The notes beneath the pieces were generated by a model that saw only the letters and a list, made by a program, of their open reading frames with translations, searched no databases and was not told the DNA's origin. A program made the translations under genes and the position numbers. A stretch of DNA of 64,000 nt from Eledone cirrhosa (taxonomy: Eukaryota), in assembly GCA_964016885.1 (NCBI GenBank), contig CAXHJY010001472.1, positions 620,001-684,000 of the forward strand. Reading direction: 5' to 3'. Below, piece after piece: positions 25,001 to 38,947 of the stretch. The first letter of the stretch is position 1. Each line of letters begins with the position of its first letter.

Positions 25001-28000
25001 TTATAGCCCCTTGGAGGGCTGGAAATTATCTTCCCTTGGACGGCTGGAAATTATCTCCCCTTGATTTTTTTACAAATTATCTGCCCCTGATTTTTTTTTA
25101 CAAATTATCTCCCCCTGATTTTTTTTTACAAATTATCTACCCCTGATTTTTTTTACAAATTATCTCCCCCTGATTTTTTTTTTACAAATTATCTCCCCCT
25201 GATTTTTTTAAAAATGATCTCCCCTTGGACGGCTGGAAATGATCTCCCCTTGGCTGGTTGGAAATTATCTCCCCTTGGACCGCTAGAAATTATCTCTCCT
25301 TGGACGGCTGGAAATTATTTCCCCTTGATTTTTTTTACAAATCTCCCCCTAATTTAAAAAAAAATTATCTCCCCTTCGCTGGCTGGAAATTATCTCCCTT
25401 TGGACGGCTGGAAATTATAGCCCCTTGTAGGGCTGGAAATTATCTCCCCTTGGACGGCTGGAAATTATCTCCCCTTGATTTTTTTTACAAAATATCTCCC
25501 CCTGATTTTTTTAAAAATGATCTCCCCTTGGACGGCTGGAAATGATCTCCCCTTGGCTGGTTGGAAATTATCTCCCCTTGGACCGCTAGAAATTATCTCT
25601 CCTTGGATGGCTGGAAATTATCTCCCCTTGATTTTTCTACAAATTATCTCCCCCTGATTTTTTTTACAAATCTCCCAGTGATTTTTAAAAAAAATTTTCT
25701 CCCCTTCGCTGGCTGGAAATTATCTCCCCTTGGACGCTGGAAATTATAGCCCCTTGGAAGGCTGGAAATTATCTTCCCATGGACGGCTGGAAATTATCTC
25801 CCCTTGATTTTTTTTTACAAATTATCTCCCCCTGATTTTTTTTTTACAAATTATCTCCCCCTGATTTTTTTTAACAAATTATCTCCGCCTGATTTTTTTA
25901 AAAAAATTATCTCCCCTTGGACGGCTGGAAATTATCTCCCCTTGGACGGCTGGAAATTATCTCCCCTTGGACGGCTAGAAATTACCTCTCCTTGGACGGC
26001 TGAAAATTATCTCCCCTTGGACGGCTGCAAATTATCTCCCCTTGATTTTTTTTACAAATTATCTCCCCTTGATTTTTTTTTATAAATTATCTCCCCCTGA
26101 TTTTTTTTACAAATTATCTTCCCTTGGACGGCTGGAAATTATCTCCCCTTGGAAGGATGGAAATTATCTCCCCTTGGACGGCTGGAAATTATCTCCCCTT
26201 GCACGGCTGGAAATTATCTCCCCTTGGACAGCTGGAAATTATCTGCCCTTGATTTTTTTTTTACAAATTATCTCCCCCTGATTTTTTTTTACAAATTATC
26301 TCCCCCTGATTTTTTTTTTACAAATTATCTCCGCCTGATTTTTTTTTTAAATTATCTCCCCTTGGACGGCTGGAAATTATCTCCCCTTGGACGGCTGGAA
26401 ATTATCTTCCCTTGGACGGCTAGAAATTACCTCTCGTTGGACGGCTGAAAATTATCTCCCCTTGGACGGCTGGAAATTATCTCCCCTTGATTTTTTTACA
26501 AATTATCTGCCCCTGATTTTTTTTTACAAATTATCTCCCCCTGATTTTTTTTTACAAATTATCTCCCCCTGATTTTTTTTTACAAATTATCTCCCCCTGA
26601 TTTTTTTTTTACAAATTATCTCCCCCTGATTTTTTTACAAATTATCTCCCCCTGATTTTTTTTACAATCTCCGCCTGATTTTTTAAAAAATTATCTTCCC
26701 TTGGCTGGCGGGAAATTATCTCCCCTTGGACGGCTGGAAATTATCTCCCCTTGGCTGGAAATTATCTCCCCTTGGACACTGGAAATTATAGCCCCTTGGA
26801 GGGCTGGAAATTATCTTCCCTTGGACGGCTGGAAATTATCTCCCCTTGATTTTTTTACAAATTATCTGCCCCTGATTTTTTTTTACAAATTATCTCCCCC
26901 TGATTTTTTTTTACAAATTATCTACCCCTGATTTTTTTTACAAATTATCTCCCCCTGATTTTTTTTTTACAAATTATCTCCCCCTGATTTTTTTAAAAAT
27001 GATCTCCCCTTGGACGGCTGGAAATGATCTCCCCTTGGCTGGTTGGAAATTATCTCCCCTTGGACCGCTAGAAATTATCTCTCCTTGGACGGCTGGAAAT
27101 TATTTCCCCTTGATTTTTTTTACAAATCTCCCCTTAATTTAAAAAAAAATTATCTCCCCTTCGCTGGCTGGAAATTATCTCCCTTTGGACGGCTGGAAAT
27201 TATAGCCCCTTGTAGGGCTGGAAATTATCTCCCCTTGGACGGCTGGAAATTATCTCCCCTTGATTTTTTTTACAAATTATCTCCCCCTGATTTTTTTAAA
27301 AATGATCTCCCCTTGGACGGCTGGAAATGATCTCCCCTTGGCTGGATGGAAATTATCTCCCCTTGGACCGCTAGAAATTATCTCTCCTTGGATGGCTGGA
27401 AATTATCTCCCCTTGATTTTTTTACAAATTATCTCCCCCTGATTTTTTTTACAAATCTCCCAGTGATTTTTAAAAAAAATTTTCTCCCCTTCGCTGGCTG
27501 GAAATTATCTCCCCTTGGACGCTGGAAATTATAGCCCCTTGGAAGGCTGGAAATTATCTTCCCTTGGACGGCTGGAAATTATCTCCCCTTGATTTTTTTT
27601 TACAAATTATCTCCCCCTGATTTTTTTTTTTACAAATTATCTCCCCCTGATTTTTTTTAACAAATTATCTCCGCCTGATTTTTTTAAAAAAATTATCTCC
27701 CCTTGGACGGCTGGAAATTATCTCCCCTTGGACGGCTGGAAATTATCTCCCCTTGGACGGCTAGAAATTACCTCTCCTTGGACGGCTGAAAATTATCTCC
27801 CCTTGGACGGCTGCAAATTATCTCCCCTTGATTTTTTTTACAAATTATCTCCCCTTGATTTTTTTTTACAAATTATCTCCCCCTGATTTTTTTTACAAAT
27901 TATCTTCCCTTGGACGGCTGGAAATTATCTCCCCTTGGAAGGATGGAAATTATCTCCCCTTGGACGGCTGGAAATTATCTCCCCTTGCACGGCTGGAAAT

Positions 28001-31000
28001 TATCTCCCCGTGGACAGCTGGAAATTATCTGCCCTTGATTTTGTTTTTACAAATTATCTCCCCCTGATTTTTTTTACAAATTATCTCCACCTGATTTTTT
28101 TAAAAATTATCTCCCCTTGGACGGCTGGAAATTATCTCCCCTTGGCTGGAAATTATCTCCCCTTGGACGGCTAGAAATTATCTCTCTTTGGACGGCTGGA
28201 AATTATCTCCCTTTGATTTTTTTAACAAATTATCTCCCTCTGATTTTTTTTACAAATCTCCCCCTGATTTTTTTAAAAAAATTATCTCCCCTTCGCTGGC
28301 TGGAAATTATCTCCCCTTGGACACTGGAAATTATAGCCCCCTGGAGGGCTGGAAATTATCTTCCCTTGGACGGCTGGAAATTATCTCCCCTTGGACAGCT
28401 GGAAATTATCTGCCCTTGATTTTTTTTTACAAATTATCTCCCCCTGATTTTTTTTTACAAATTATCTCCCCCTGATTTTTTTTTTACAAATTATCTCCGC
28501 CTGATTTTTTTTTTAAATTATCTCCCCTTGGACGGCTGGAAATTATCTCCCCTTGGACGGCTGGAAATTATCTTCCCTTGGACGGCTAGAAATTACCTCT
28601 CCTTGGACGGCTGAAAATTATCTCCCCTTGGACGGCTGGAAATTATCTCCCCTTGATTTTTTTACAAATTATCTGCCCCTGATTTTTTTTTACAAATTAT
28701 CTCCCCCTGATTTTTTTTTACAAATTATCTCCCCCTGATTTTTTTTTACTAATTATCTCCCCCTGATTTTTTTTTTACAAATTATCTCCCCCTGATTTTT
28801 TTACAAATTATCTCCCCCTGATTTTTTTTACAATCTCCGCCTGATTTTTTAAAAAATTATCTTCCCTTGGCTGGCGGGAAATTATCTCCCCTTGGACGGT
28901 TGGAAATTATCTCCCCTTGGCTGGAAATTATCTCCCCTTGGACACTGGAAATTATAGCCCCTTGGAGGGCTGGAAATTATCTTCCCTTGGACGGCTGGAA
29001 ATTATCTCCCCTTGATTTTTTTTTACAAATTATCTCCCCCTGATTTTTTTTTTACAAATTATCTCCGCCTGATTTTTTTAAAAAAATTATCTCCCCTTGG
29101 ACGGCTGGAAATTATCTCCCCTTGGACGGCTGGAAATTATCTCCCCTTGGACGGCTAGAAATTATCTCCCCTTGATTTTTTTTACAAATTATCTCCCCTT
29201 GATTTTTTTTTATAAATTATCTCCCCCTGATTTTTTTTACAAATTATCTTACCTTGGACGGCTGGAAATTATCTCCCCTTGGAAGGATGGAAATTATCTC
29301 CCCTTGGACGGCTGGAAATTATCTCCCCTTGCACGGCTGGAAATTATCTCCCCTTGGACAGCTGGAAATTATCTGCCCTTGATTTTTTTTTACAAATTAT
29401 CTCCCCATGATTTTTTTTTACAAATTATCTCCCCCTGATTTTTTTTTTACAAATTATCTCCGCCTGATTTTTTTTTAAAATTATCTCCCCTTGGACGGCT
29501 GGAAATTATCTCCCCTTGGACGGCTGGAAATTATCTTCCCTTGGACGGCTAGAAATTACCTCTCCTTGGACAGCTGGAAATTATCTGCCCTTGATTTTGT
29601 TTTTACAAATTATCTCCCCCTGATTTTTTTTACAAATTATCTCCACCTGATTTTTAAAAAAATTATCTCCCCTTGGACGGCTGGAAATTATCTCCCCTTG
29701 GCTGGAAATTATCTCCCCTTGGACGGCTAGAAATTATCTCTCTTTGGACGGCTGGAAATTATCTCCCTTTGATTTTTTTAACAAATTATCTCCCTCTGAT
29801 TTTTTTTACAAATCTCCCCCTGATTTTTTTAAAAAAATTATCTCCCCTTCGCTGGCTGGAAATTATCTCCCCTTGGACACTGGAAATTATAGCCCCCTGG
29901 AGGGCTGGAAATTATCTTCCCTTGGACGGCTGGAAATTATCTCCCCTTGATTTTTTTTACAAATTATCTCCCCCTGATTTTTTTTTACAAATTATCTCCC
30001 CCTGATATTTTTTTTACAAATTATCTCCGCCTGATTTTTTTAAAAAAATTATCTCCCCTTGGACTGCTGGAAATTATCTCCCCTTGGACGGCTGGAAATT
30101 ATCTCCCCTTGGACGGCTAGAAATTACCTCTCCTTGGACGGCTGAAAATTATCTCCCCTTGGACGGCTGCAAATTATCTCCCCTTGATTTTTATTACAAA
30201 TTATCTCCCCTTGATTTTTTTTTATAAATTATCTCCCCCTGATTTTTTTTACAAATTATCTTCCCTTGGACGGCTGGAAATTATCTCCCCTTGGAAGGAT
30301 GGAAATTATCTCCCCTTGGACGGCTGGAAATTATCTCCCCTTGCACGGCTGGAAATTATCTCCCCTTGGACAGCTGGAAATTATCTGCCCTTGATTTTTT
30401 TTTACAAATTATCTCCCCCTGATTTTTTTTTACAAATTATCTCCCCCTGATTTTTTTTTTACAAATTATCTCCGCCTGATTTTTTTTTAAAATTATCTCC
30501 CCTTGGACGGCTGGAAATTATCTCCCCTTGGACGGCTGGAAATTATCTTCCCTTGGACGGCTAGAAATTACCTCTCCTTGGACGGCTGAAAATTATCTCC
30601 CCTTGGACGGCTGGAAATTATCTCCCCTTGATTTTTTTACAAATTATCTGCCCCTGATTTTTTTTTACAAATTATCTCCCCCTGATTTTTTTTTACAAAT
30701 TATCTCCCCCTGATTTTTTTTTACTAATTATCTCCCCCTGATTTTTTTTTTACAAATTATCTCCCCCTGATTTTTTTACAAATTATCTCCCCCTGATTTT
30801 TTTTACAATCTCCGCCTGATTTTTTAAAAAATTATCTTCCCTTGGCTGGCGGGAAATTATCTCCCCTTGGACGGTTGGAAATTATCTCCCCTTGGCTGGA
30901 AATTATCTCCCCTTGGACACTGGAAATTATAGCCCCTTGGAGGGCTGGAAATTATCTTCCCTTGGACGGCTGGAAATTATCTCCCCTTGATTTTTTTACA

Positions 31001-34000
31001 AATTATCTGCCCCTGATTTTTTTTTTACAAATTATCTCCCCCTGATTTTTTTTTACAAATTATCTACCCCTGATTTTTTTTACAAATTATCTCCCCCTGA
31101 TTTTTTTTTTACAAATTATCTCCCCCTGATTTTTTTAAAAATGATCTCCCCTTGGACGGCTGGAAATGATCTCCCTTTGGCTGGTTGGAAATTATCTCCC
31201 CTTGGACGGCTGAAAATTATCTCCCCTTGGACGGCTGCAAATTATCTCCCCTTGATTTTTTTTACAAATTATCTCCCCTTGATTTTTTTTTACAAATTAT
31301 CTCCCCCTGATTTTTTTTACAAATTATCTTCCCTTGGACGGCTGGAAATTATCTCCGCTTGGAAGGATGGAAATTATCTCCCCTTGGACGGCTGGAAATT
31401 ATCTCCCCTTGCACGGCTGGAAATTATCTCCCCTTGGACAGCTGGAAATTATCTGCCCTTGATTTTGTTTTTACAAATTATCTCCCCCTGATTTTTTTTA
31501 CAAATTATCTCCACCTGATTTTTTTAAAAATTATCTCCCCTTGGACGGCTGGAAATTATCTCCCCTTGGACGGCTAGAAATTATCTCTCTTTGGACGGCT
31601 GGAAATTATCTCCCTTTGATTTTTTAACAAATTATCTCCCTCTGATTTTTTTTACAAATCTCCCCCTGATTTTTTTACAAATTATCTCCCCCTGATTTTT
31701 TTTACAATCTCCGCCTGATTTTTTAAAAAATTATCTTCCCTTGGCTGGCGGGAAATTATCTCCCCTTGGACGGCTGGAAATTTTCTCCCCTTGGCTGGAA
31801 ATTATCTCCCCTTGGACACTGGAAATTATAGCCCCTTGGAGGGCTGGAAATTATCTTCCCTTGGACGGCTGGAAATTATCTCCCCTTGATTTTTTTACAA
31901 ATTATCTGCCCCTGATTTTTTTTTACAAATTATCTCCCCCTGATTTTTTTTTACAAATTATCTACCCCTGATTTTTTTTACAAATTATCTCCCCCTGATT
32001 TTTTTTTTACAAATTATCTCCCCCTGATTTTTTTAAAAATGATCTCCCCTTGGACGGCTGGAAATGATCTCCCCTTGGCTGGTTGGAAATTATCTCCCCT
32101 TGGACCGCTAGAAATTATCTCTCCTTGGACGGCTGGAAATTATTTCCCCTTGATTTTTTTTACAAATCTCCCCCTAATTTAAAAAAAAATTATCTCCCCT
32201 TCGCTGGCTGGAAATTATCTCCCTTTGGACGGCTGGAAATTATAGCCCCTTGTAGGGCTGGAAATTATCTCCCCTTGGACGGCTGGAAATTATCTCCCCT
32301 TGATTTTTTTTACAAAATATCTCCCCCTGATTTTTTTAAAAATGATCTCCCCTTGGACGGCTGGAAATGATCTCCCCTTGGCTGGTTGGAAATTATCTCC
32401 CCTTGGACCGCTAGAAATTATCTCTCCTTGGATGGCTGGAAATTATCTCCCCTTGATTTTTCTACAAATTATCTCCCCCTGATTTTTTTTACAAATCTCC
32501 CAGTGATTTTTAAAAAAAATTTTCTCCCCTTCGCTGGCTGGAAATTATCTCCCCTTGGACGCTGGAAATTATAGCCCCTTGGAAGGCTGGAAATTATCTT
32601 CCCATGGACGGCTGGAAATTATCTCCCCTTGATTTTTTTTTACAAATTATCTCCCCCTGATTTTTTTTTTACAAATTATCTCCCCCTGATTTTTTTTAAC
32701 AAATTATCTCCGCCTGATTTTTTTAAAAAAATTATCTCCCCTTGGACGGCTGGAAATTATCTCCCCTTGGACGGCTGGAAATTATCTCCCCTTGGACGGC
32801 TAGAAATTACCTCTCCTTGGACGGCTGAAAATTATCTCCCCTTGGACGGCTGCAAATTATCTCCCCTTGATTTTTTTTACAAATTATCTCCCCTTGATTT
32901 TTTTTTATAAATTATCTCCCCCTGATTTTTTTTACAAATTATCTTCCCTTGGACGGCTGGAAATTATCTCCCCTTGGAAGGATGGAAATTATCTCCCCTT
33001 GGACGGCTGGAAATTATCTCCCCTTGCACGGCTGGAAATTATCTCCCCTTGGACAGCTGGAAATTATCTGCCCTTGATTTTTTTTTTACAAATTATCTCC
33101 CCCTGATTTTTTTTTACAAATTATCTCCCCCTGATTTTTTTTTTACAAATTATCTCCGCCTGATTTTTTTTTTAAATTATCTCCCCTTGGACGGCTGGAA
33201 ATTATCTCCCCTTGGACGGCTGGAAATTATCTTCCCTTGGACGGCTAGAAATTACCTCTCGTTGGACGGCTGAAAATTATCTCCCCTTGGACGGCTGGAA
33301 ATTATCTCCCCTTGATTTTTTTACAAATTATCTGCCCCTGATTTTTTTTTACAAATTATCTCCCCCTGATTTTTTTTTACAAATTATCTCCCCCTGATTT
33401 TTTTTTACAAATTATCTCCCCCTGATTTTTTTTTTACAAATTATCTCCCCCTGATTTTTTTACAAATTATCTCCCCCTGATTTTTTTTACAATCTCCGCC
33501 TGATTTTTTAAAAAATTATCTTCCCTTGGCTGGCGGGAAATTATCTCCCCTTGGACGGCTGGAAATTATCTCCCCTTGGCTGGAAATTATCTCCCCTTGG
33601 ACACTGGAAATTATAGCCCCTTGGAGGGCTGGAAATTATCTTCCCTTGGACGGCTGGAAATTATCTCCCCTTGATTTTTTTACAAATTATCTGCCCCTGA
33701 TTTTTTTTTACAAATTATCTCCCCCTGATTTTTTTTTACAAATTATCTACCCCTGATTTTTTTTACAAATTATCTCCCCCTGATTTTTTTTTTACAAATT
33801 ATCTCCCCCTGATTTTTTTAAAAATGATCTCCCCTTGGACGGCTGGAAATGATCTCCCCTTGGCTGGTTGGAAATTATCTCCCCTTGGACCGCTAGAAAT
33901 TATCTCTCCTTGGACGGCTGGAAATTATTTCCCCTTGATTTTTTTTACAAATCTCCCCTTAATTTAAAAAAAAATTATCTCCCCTTCGCTGGCTGGAAAT

Positions 34001-35215
34001 TATCTCCCTTTGGACGGCTGGAAATTATAGCCCCTTGTAGGGCTGGAAATTATCTCCCCTTGGACGGCTGGAAATTATCTCCCCTTGATTTTTTTTACAA
34101 ATTATCTCCCCCTGATTTTTTTAAAAATGATCTCCCCTTGGACGGCTGGAAATGATCTCCCCTTGGCTGGATGGAAATTATCTCCCCTTGGACCGCTAGA
34201 AATTATCTCTCCTTGGATGGCTGGAAATTATCTCCCCTTGATTTTTTTACAAATTATCTCCCCCTGATTTTTTTTACAAATCTCCCAGTGATTTTTAAAA
34301 AAAATTTTCTCCCCTTCGCTGGCTGGAAATTATCTCCCCTTGGACGCTGGAAATTATAGCCCCTTGGAAGGCTGGAAATTATCTTCCCTTGGACGGCTGG
34401 AAATTATCTCCCCTTGATTTTTTTTTACAAATTATCTCCCCCTGATTTTTTTTTTTACAAATTATCTCCCCCTGATTTTTTTTAACAAATTATCTCCGCC
34501 TGATTTTTTTAAAAAAATTATCTCCCCTTGGACGGCTGGAAATTATCTCCCCTTGGACGGCTGGAAATTATCTCCCCTTGGACGGCTAGAAATTACCTCT
34601 CCTTGGACGGCTGAAAATTATCTCCCCTTGGACGGCTGCAAATTATCTCCCCTTGATTTTTTTTACAAATTATCTCCCCTTGATTTTTTTTTACAAATTA
34701 TCTCCCCCTGATTTTTTTTACAAATTATCTTCCCTTGGACGGCTGGAAATTATCTCCCCTTGGAAGGATGGAAATTATCTCCCCTTGGACGGCTGGAAAT
34801 TATCTCCCCTTGCACGGCTGGAAATTATCTCCCCGTGGACAGCTGGAAATTATCTGCCCTTGATTTTGTTTTTACAAATTATCTCCCCCTGATTTTTTTT
34901 ACAAATTATCTCCACCTGATTTTTTTAAAAATTATCTCCCCTTGGACGGCTGGAAATTATCTCCCCTTGGCTGGAAATTATCTCCCCTTGGACGGCTAGA
35001 AATTATCTCTCTTTGGACGGCTGGAAATTATCTCCCTTTGATTTTTTTAACAAATTATCTCCCTCTGATTTTTTTTACAAATCTCCCCCTGATTTTTTTA
35101 AAAAAATTATCTCCCCTTCGCTGGCTGGAAATTATCTCCCCTTGGACACTGGAAATTATAGCCCCCTGGAGGGCTGGAAATTATCTTCCCTTGGACGGCT
35201 GGAAATTATCTCCCC
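22080..35215 (+). repeat. Paralogous 6,825-bp tandem duplication; the first copy is shortened by 287 bp
   Basis: Offsets are 6,538 (22559/29097, 23646/30184), then 6,825 (24017/30842, 24916/31741, 28117/34942). Confidence 0.88.
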
Positions 35216-38200
35216 TTGATTTTTTTTACAAATTATCTCCCCCTGATTTTTTTTTACAAATTATCTCCCCCTGATTTTTTTTACAAATTATCTCCCCCTG
35301 ATTTTTTTTTACAAATTATCTCCCCCTGATATTTTTTTTACAAATTATCTCCGCCTGATTTTTTTAAAAAAATTATCTCCCCTTGGACGGCTGGAAATTA
35401 TCTCCCCTTGGACGGCTGGAAATTATCTCCCCTTGGACGGCTAGAAATTACCTCTCCTTGGACGGCTGAAAATTATCTCCCCTTGGACGGCTGCAAATTA
35501 TCTCCCCTTGATTTTTTTTACAAATTATCTCCCCTTGATTTTTTTTTATAAATTATCTCCCCCTGATTTTTTTTACAAATTATCTTCCCTTGGACGGCTG
35601 GAAATTATCTCCCCTTGGAAGGATGGAAATTATCTCCCCTTGGACGGCTGGAAATTATCTCCCCTTGCACGGCTGGAAATTATCTCCCCTTGGACAGCTG
35701 GAAATTATCTGCCCTTGATTTTTTTTTACAAATTATCTCCCCCTGATTTTTTTTTACAAATTATCTCCCCCTGATTTTTTTTTTACAAATTATCTCCGCC
35801 TGATTTTTTTTTAAAATTATCTCCCCTTGGACGGCTGGAAATTATCTCCCCTTGGACGGCTGGAAATTATCTTCCCTTGGACGGCTAGAAATTACCTCTC
35901 CTTGGACGGCTGAAAATTATCTCCCCTTGGACGGCTGCAAATTATCTCCCCTTGATTTTTTTTACAAATTATCTCCCCTTGATTTTTTTTTATATATTAT
36001 CTCCCCCTGATTTTTTTTACAAATTATCTTCCCTTGGACGGCTGGAAATTATCTCCCCTTGGAAGGATGGAAATTATCTCCCCTTGGACGGCTGGAAATT
36101 ATCTCCCCTTGCACGGCTGGAAATTATCTCCCCTTGGACAGCTGGAAATTATCTGCCCTTGATTTTTTTTTACAAATTATCTCCCCCTGATTTTTTTTTA
36201 CAAATTATCTCCCCCTGATTTTTTTTTTACAAATTATCTCCGCCTGATTTTTTTTTAAAATTATCTCCCCTTGGACGGCTGAAAATTATCTCCCCTTGGA
36301 CGGCTGGAAATTATCTTCCCTTGGACGGCTAGAAATTACCTCTCCTTGGACGGCTGAAAATTATCTCCCCTTGGACGGCTGGAAATTATCTCCCCTTGAT
36401 TTTTTTACAAATTATCTGCCCCTGATTTTTTTTTACAAATTATCTCCCCCTGATTTTTTTTTACAAATTATCTCCCCCTGATTTTTTTTTACAAATTATC
36501 TCCCCCTGATTTTTTTTTTACAAATTATCTCCCCCTGATTTTTTTACAAATTATCTCCCCCTGATTTTTTTTACAATCTCCGCCTGATTTTTTAAAAAAT
36601 TATCTTCCCTTGGCTGGCGGGAAATTATCTCCCCTTGGACGGCTGGAAATTATCTCCCCTTGGCTGGAAATTATCTCCCCTTGGACACTGGAAATTATAG
36701 CCCCTTGGAGGGCTGGAAATTATCTTCCCTTGGACGGCTGGAAATTATCTCCTCTTGATTTTTTTACAAATTATCTGCCCCTGATTTTTTTTTTACAAAT
36801 TATCTCCCCCTGATTTTTTTTTTACAAATTATCTACCCCTGATTTTTTTTACAAATTATCTCCCCCTGATTATTTTTTTACAAATTATCTCCCCCTGATT
36901 TTTTAAAAAATGATCTCCCCTTGGACGGCTGGAAATGATCTCCCCTTGGCTGGTTGGAAATTATCTCCCCTTGGACCGCTAGAAATTATCTCTCCTTGGA
37001 CGGCTGGAAATTATTTCCCCTTGATTTTTATTACAAATCTCCCCCTAATTTAAAAAAAAATTATCTCCCCTTCGCTGGCTGGAAATTATCTCCCTTTGGA
37101 CGGCTGGAAATTATAGCCCCTTGTAGGGCTGGAAATTATCTCCCCTTGGACGGCTGGAAATTATCTCCCCTTGATTTTTTTTACAAATTATCTCCCCCTG
37201 ATTTTTTTAAAAATGATCTCCCCTTGGACGGCTGGAAATGATCTCCCCTTGGCTGGTTGGAAATTATCTCCCCTTGGACCGCTAGAAATTATCTCTCCTT
37301 GGATGGCTGGAAATTATCTCCCCTTGATTTTTTTACAAATTATCTCCCCCTGATTTTTTTTACAAATCTCCCAGTGATTTTTAAAAAAAATTTTCTCCCC
37401 TTCGCTGGCTGGAAATTATCTCCCCTTGGACGCTGGAAATTATAGCCCCTTGGAAGGCTGGAAATTATCTTCCCTTGGACGGCTGGAAATTATCTCCCCT
37501 TGATTTTTTTTTACAAATTATCTCCCCCTGATTTTTTTTTTACAAATTATCTCCCCCTGATTTTTTTTAACAAATTATCTCCGCCTGATTTTTTTAAAAA
37601 AATTATCTCCCCTTGGACGGCTGGAAATTATCTCCCCTTGGACGGCTGGAAATTATCTCCCCTTGGACGGCTAGAAATTACCTCTCCTTGGATGGCTGAA
37701 AATTATCTCCCCTTGGACGGCTGCAAATTATCTCCCCTTGATTTTTTTTACAAATTATCTCCCCTTGATTTTTTTTATAAATTATCTCCCCCTGATTTTT
37801 TTTACAAATTATCTTCCCTTGGACGGCTGGAAATTATCTCCCCTTGGAAGGATGGAAATTATCTCCCCTTGGACGGCTGGAAATTATCTCCCCTTGCACG
37901 GCTGGAAATTATCTCCCCTTGGACAGCTGGAAATTATCTGCCCTTGATTTTTTTTTACAAATTATCTCCCCCTGATTTTTTTTTACAAATTATCTCCCCC
38001 TGATTTTTTTTTTACAAATTATCTCCGCCTGATTTTTTTTTTAAATTATCTCCCCTTGGACGGCTGGAAATTATCTCCCCTTGGACGGCTGGAAATTATC
38101 TTCCCTTGGACGGCTAGAAATTACCTCTCCTTGGACGGCTGAAAATTATCTCCCCTTGGACGGCTGGAAATTATCTCCCCTTGATTTTTTTACAAATTAT

Positions 38201-38947
38201 CTGCCCCTGATTTTTTTTTACAAATTATCTCCCCCTGATTTTTTTTTACAAATTATCTCCCCCTGATTTTTTTTTACTAATTATCTCCCCCTGATTTTTT
38301 TTTTACAAATTATCTCCCCCTGATTTTTTTACAAATTATCTCCCCCTGATTTTTTTTACAATCTCCGCCTGATTTTTTAAAAAATTATCTTCCCTTGGCT
38401 GGCGGGAAATTATCTCCCCTTGGACGGTTGGAAATTATCTCCCCTTGGCTGGAAATTATCTCCCCTTGGACACTGGAAATTATAGCCCCTTGGAGGGCTG
38501 GAAATTATCTTCCCTTGGACGGCTGGAAATTATCTCCCCTTGATTTTTTTTTACAAATTATCTCCCCCTGATTTTTTTTTTACAAATTATCTCCGCCTGA
38601 TTTTTTTAAAAAAATTATCTCCCCTTGGACGGCTGGAAATTATCTCCCCTTGGACGGCTGGAAATTATCTCCCCTTGGACGGCTAGAAATTATCTCCCCT
38701 TGATTTTTTTTACAAATTATCTCCCCTTGATTTTTTTTTATAAATTATCTCCCCCTGATTTTTTTTACAAATTATCTTACCTTGGACGGCTGGAAATTAT
38801 CTCCCCTTGGAAGGATGGAAATTATCTCCCCTTGGACGGCTGGAAATTATCTCCCCTTGCACGGCTGGAAATTATCTCCCCTTGGACAGCTGGAAATTAT
38901 CTGCCCTTGATTTTTTTTTACAAATTATCTCCCCCTGATTTTTTTTT

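Larger units (their letters stand above)
8285..38947 (+). repeat. ~30.7-kb tandem segmental duplication, copy 1
   Basis: Collinear with 38,948-64,000 at offsets 30,663, then 29,671, 29,749 and 30,036. Shared rare variants include TATCATCCCC (8878/39541), CCCCTTAGAC (9021/39684), TACATATT (~11348/~42010) and AAATTAACTC (12631/~43294). Confidence 0.9.
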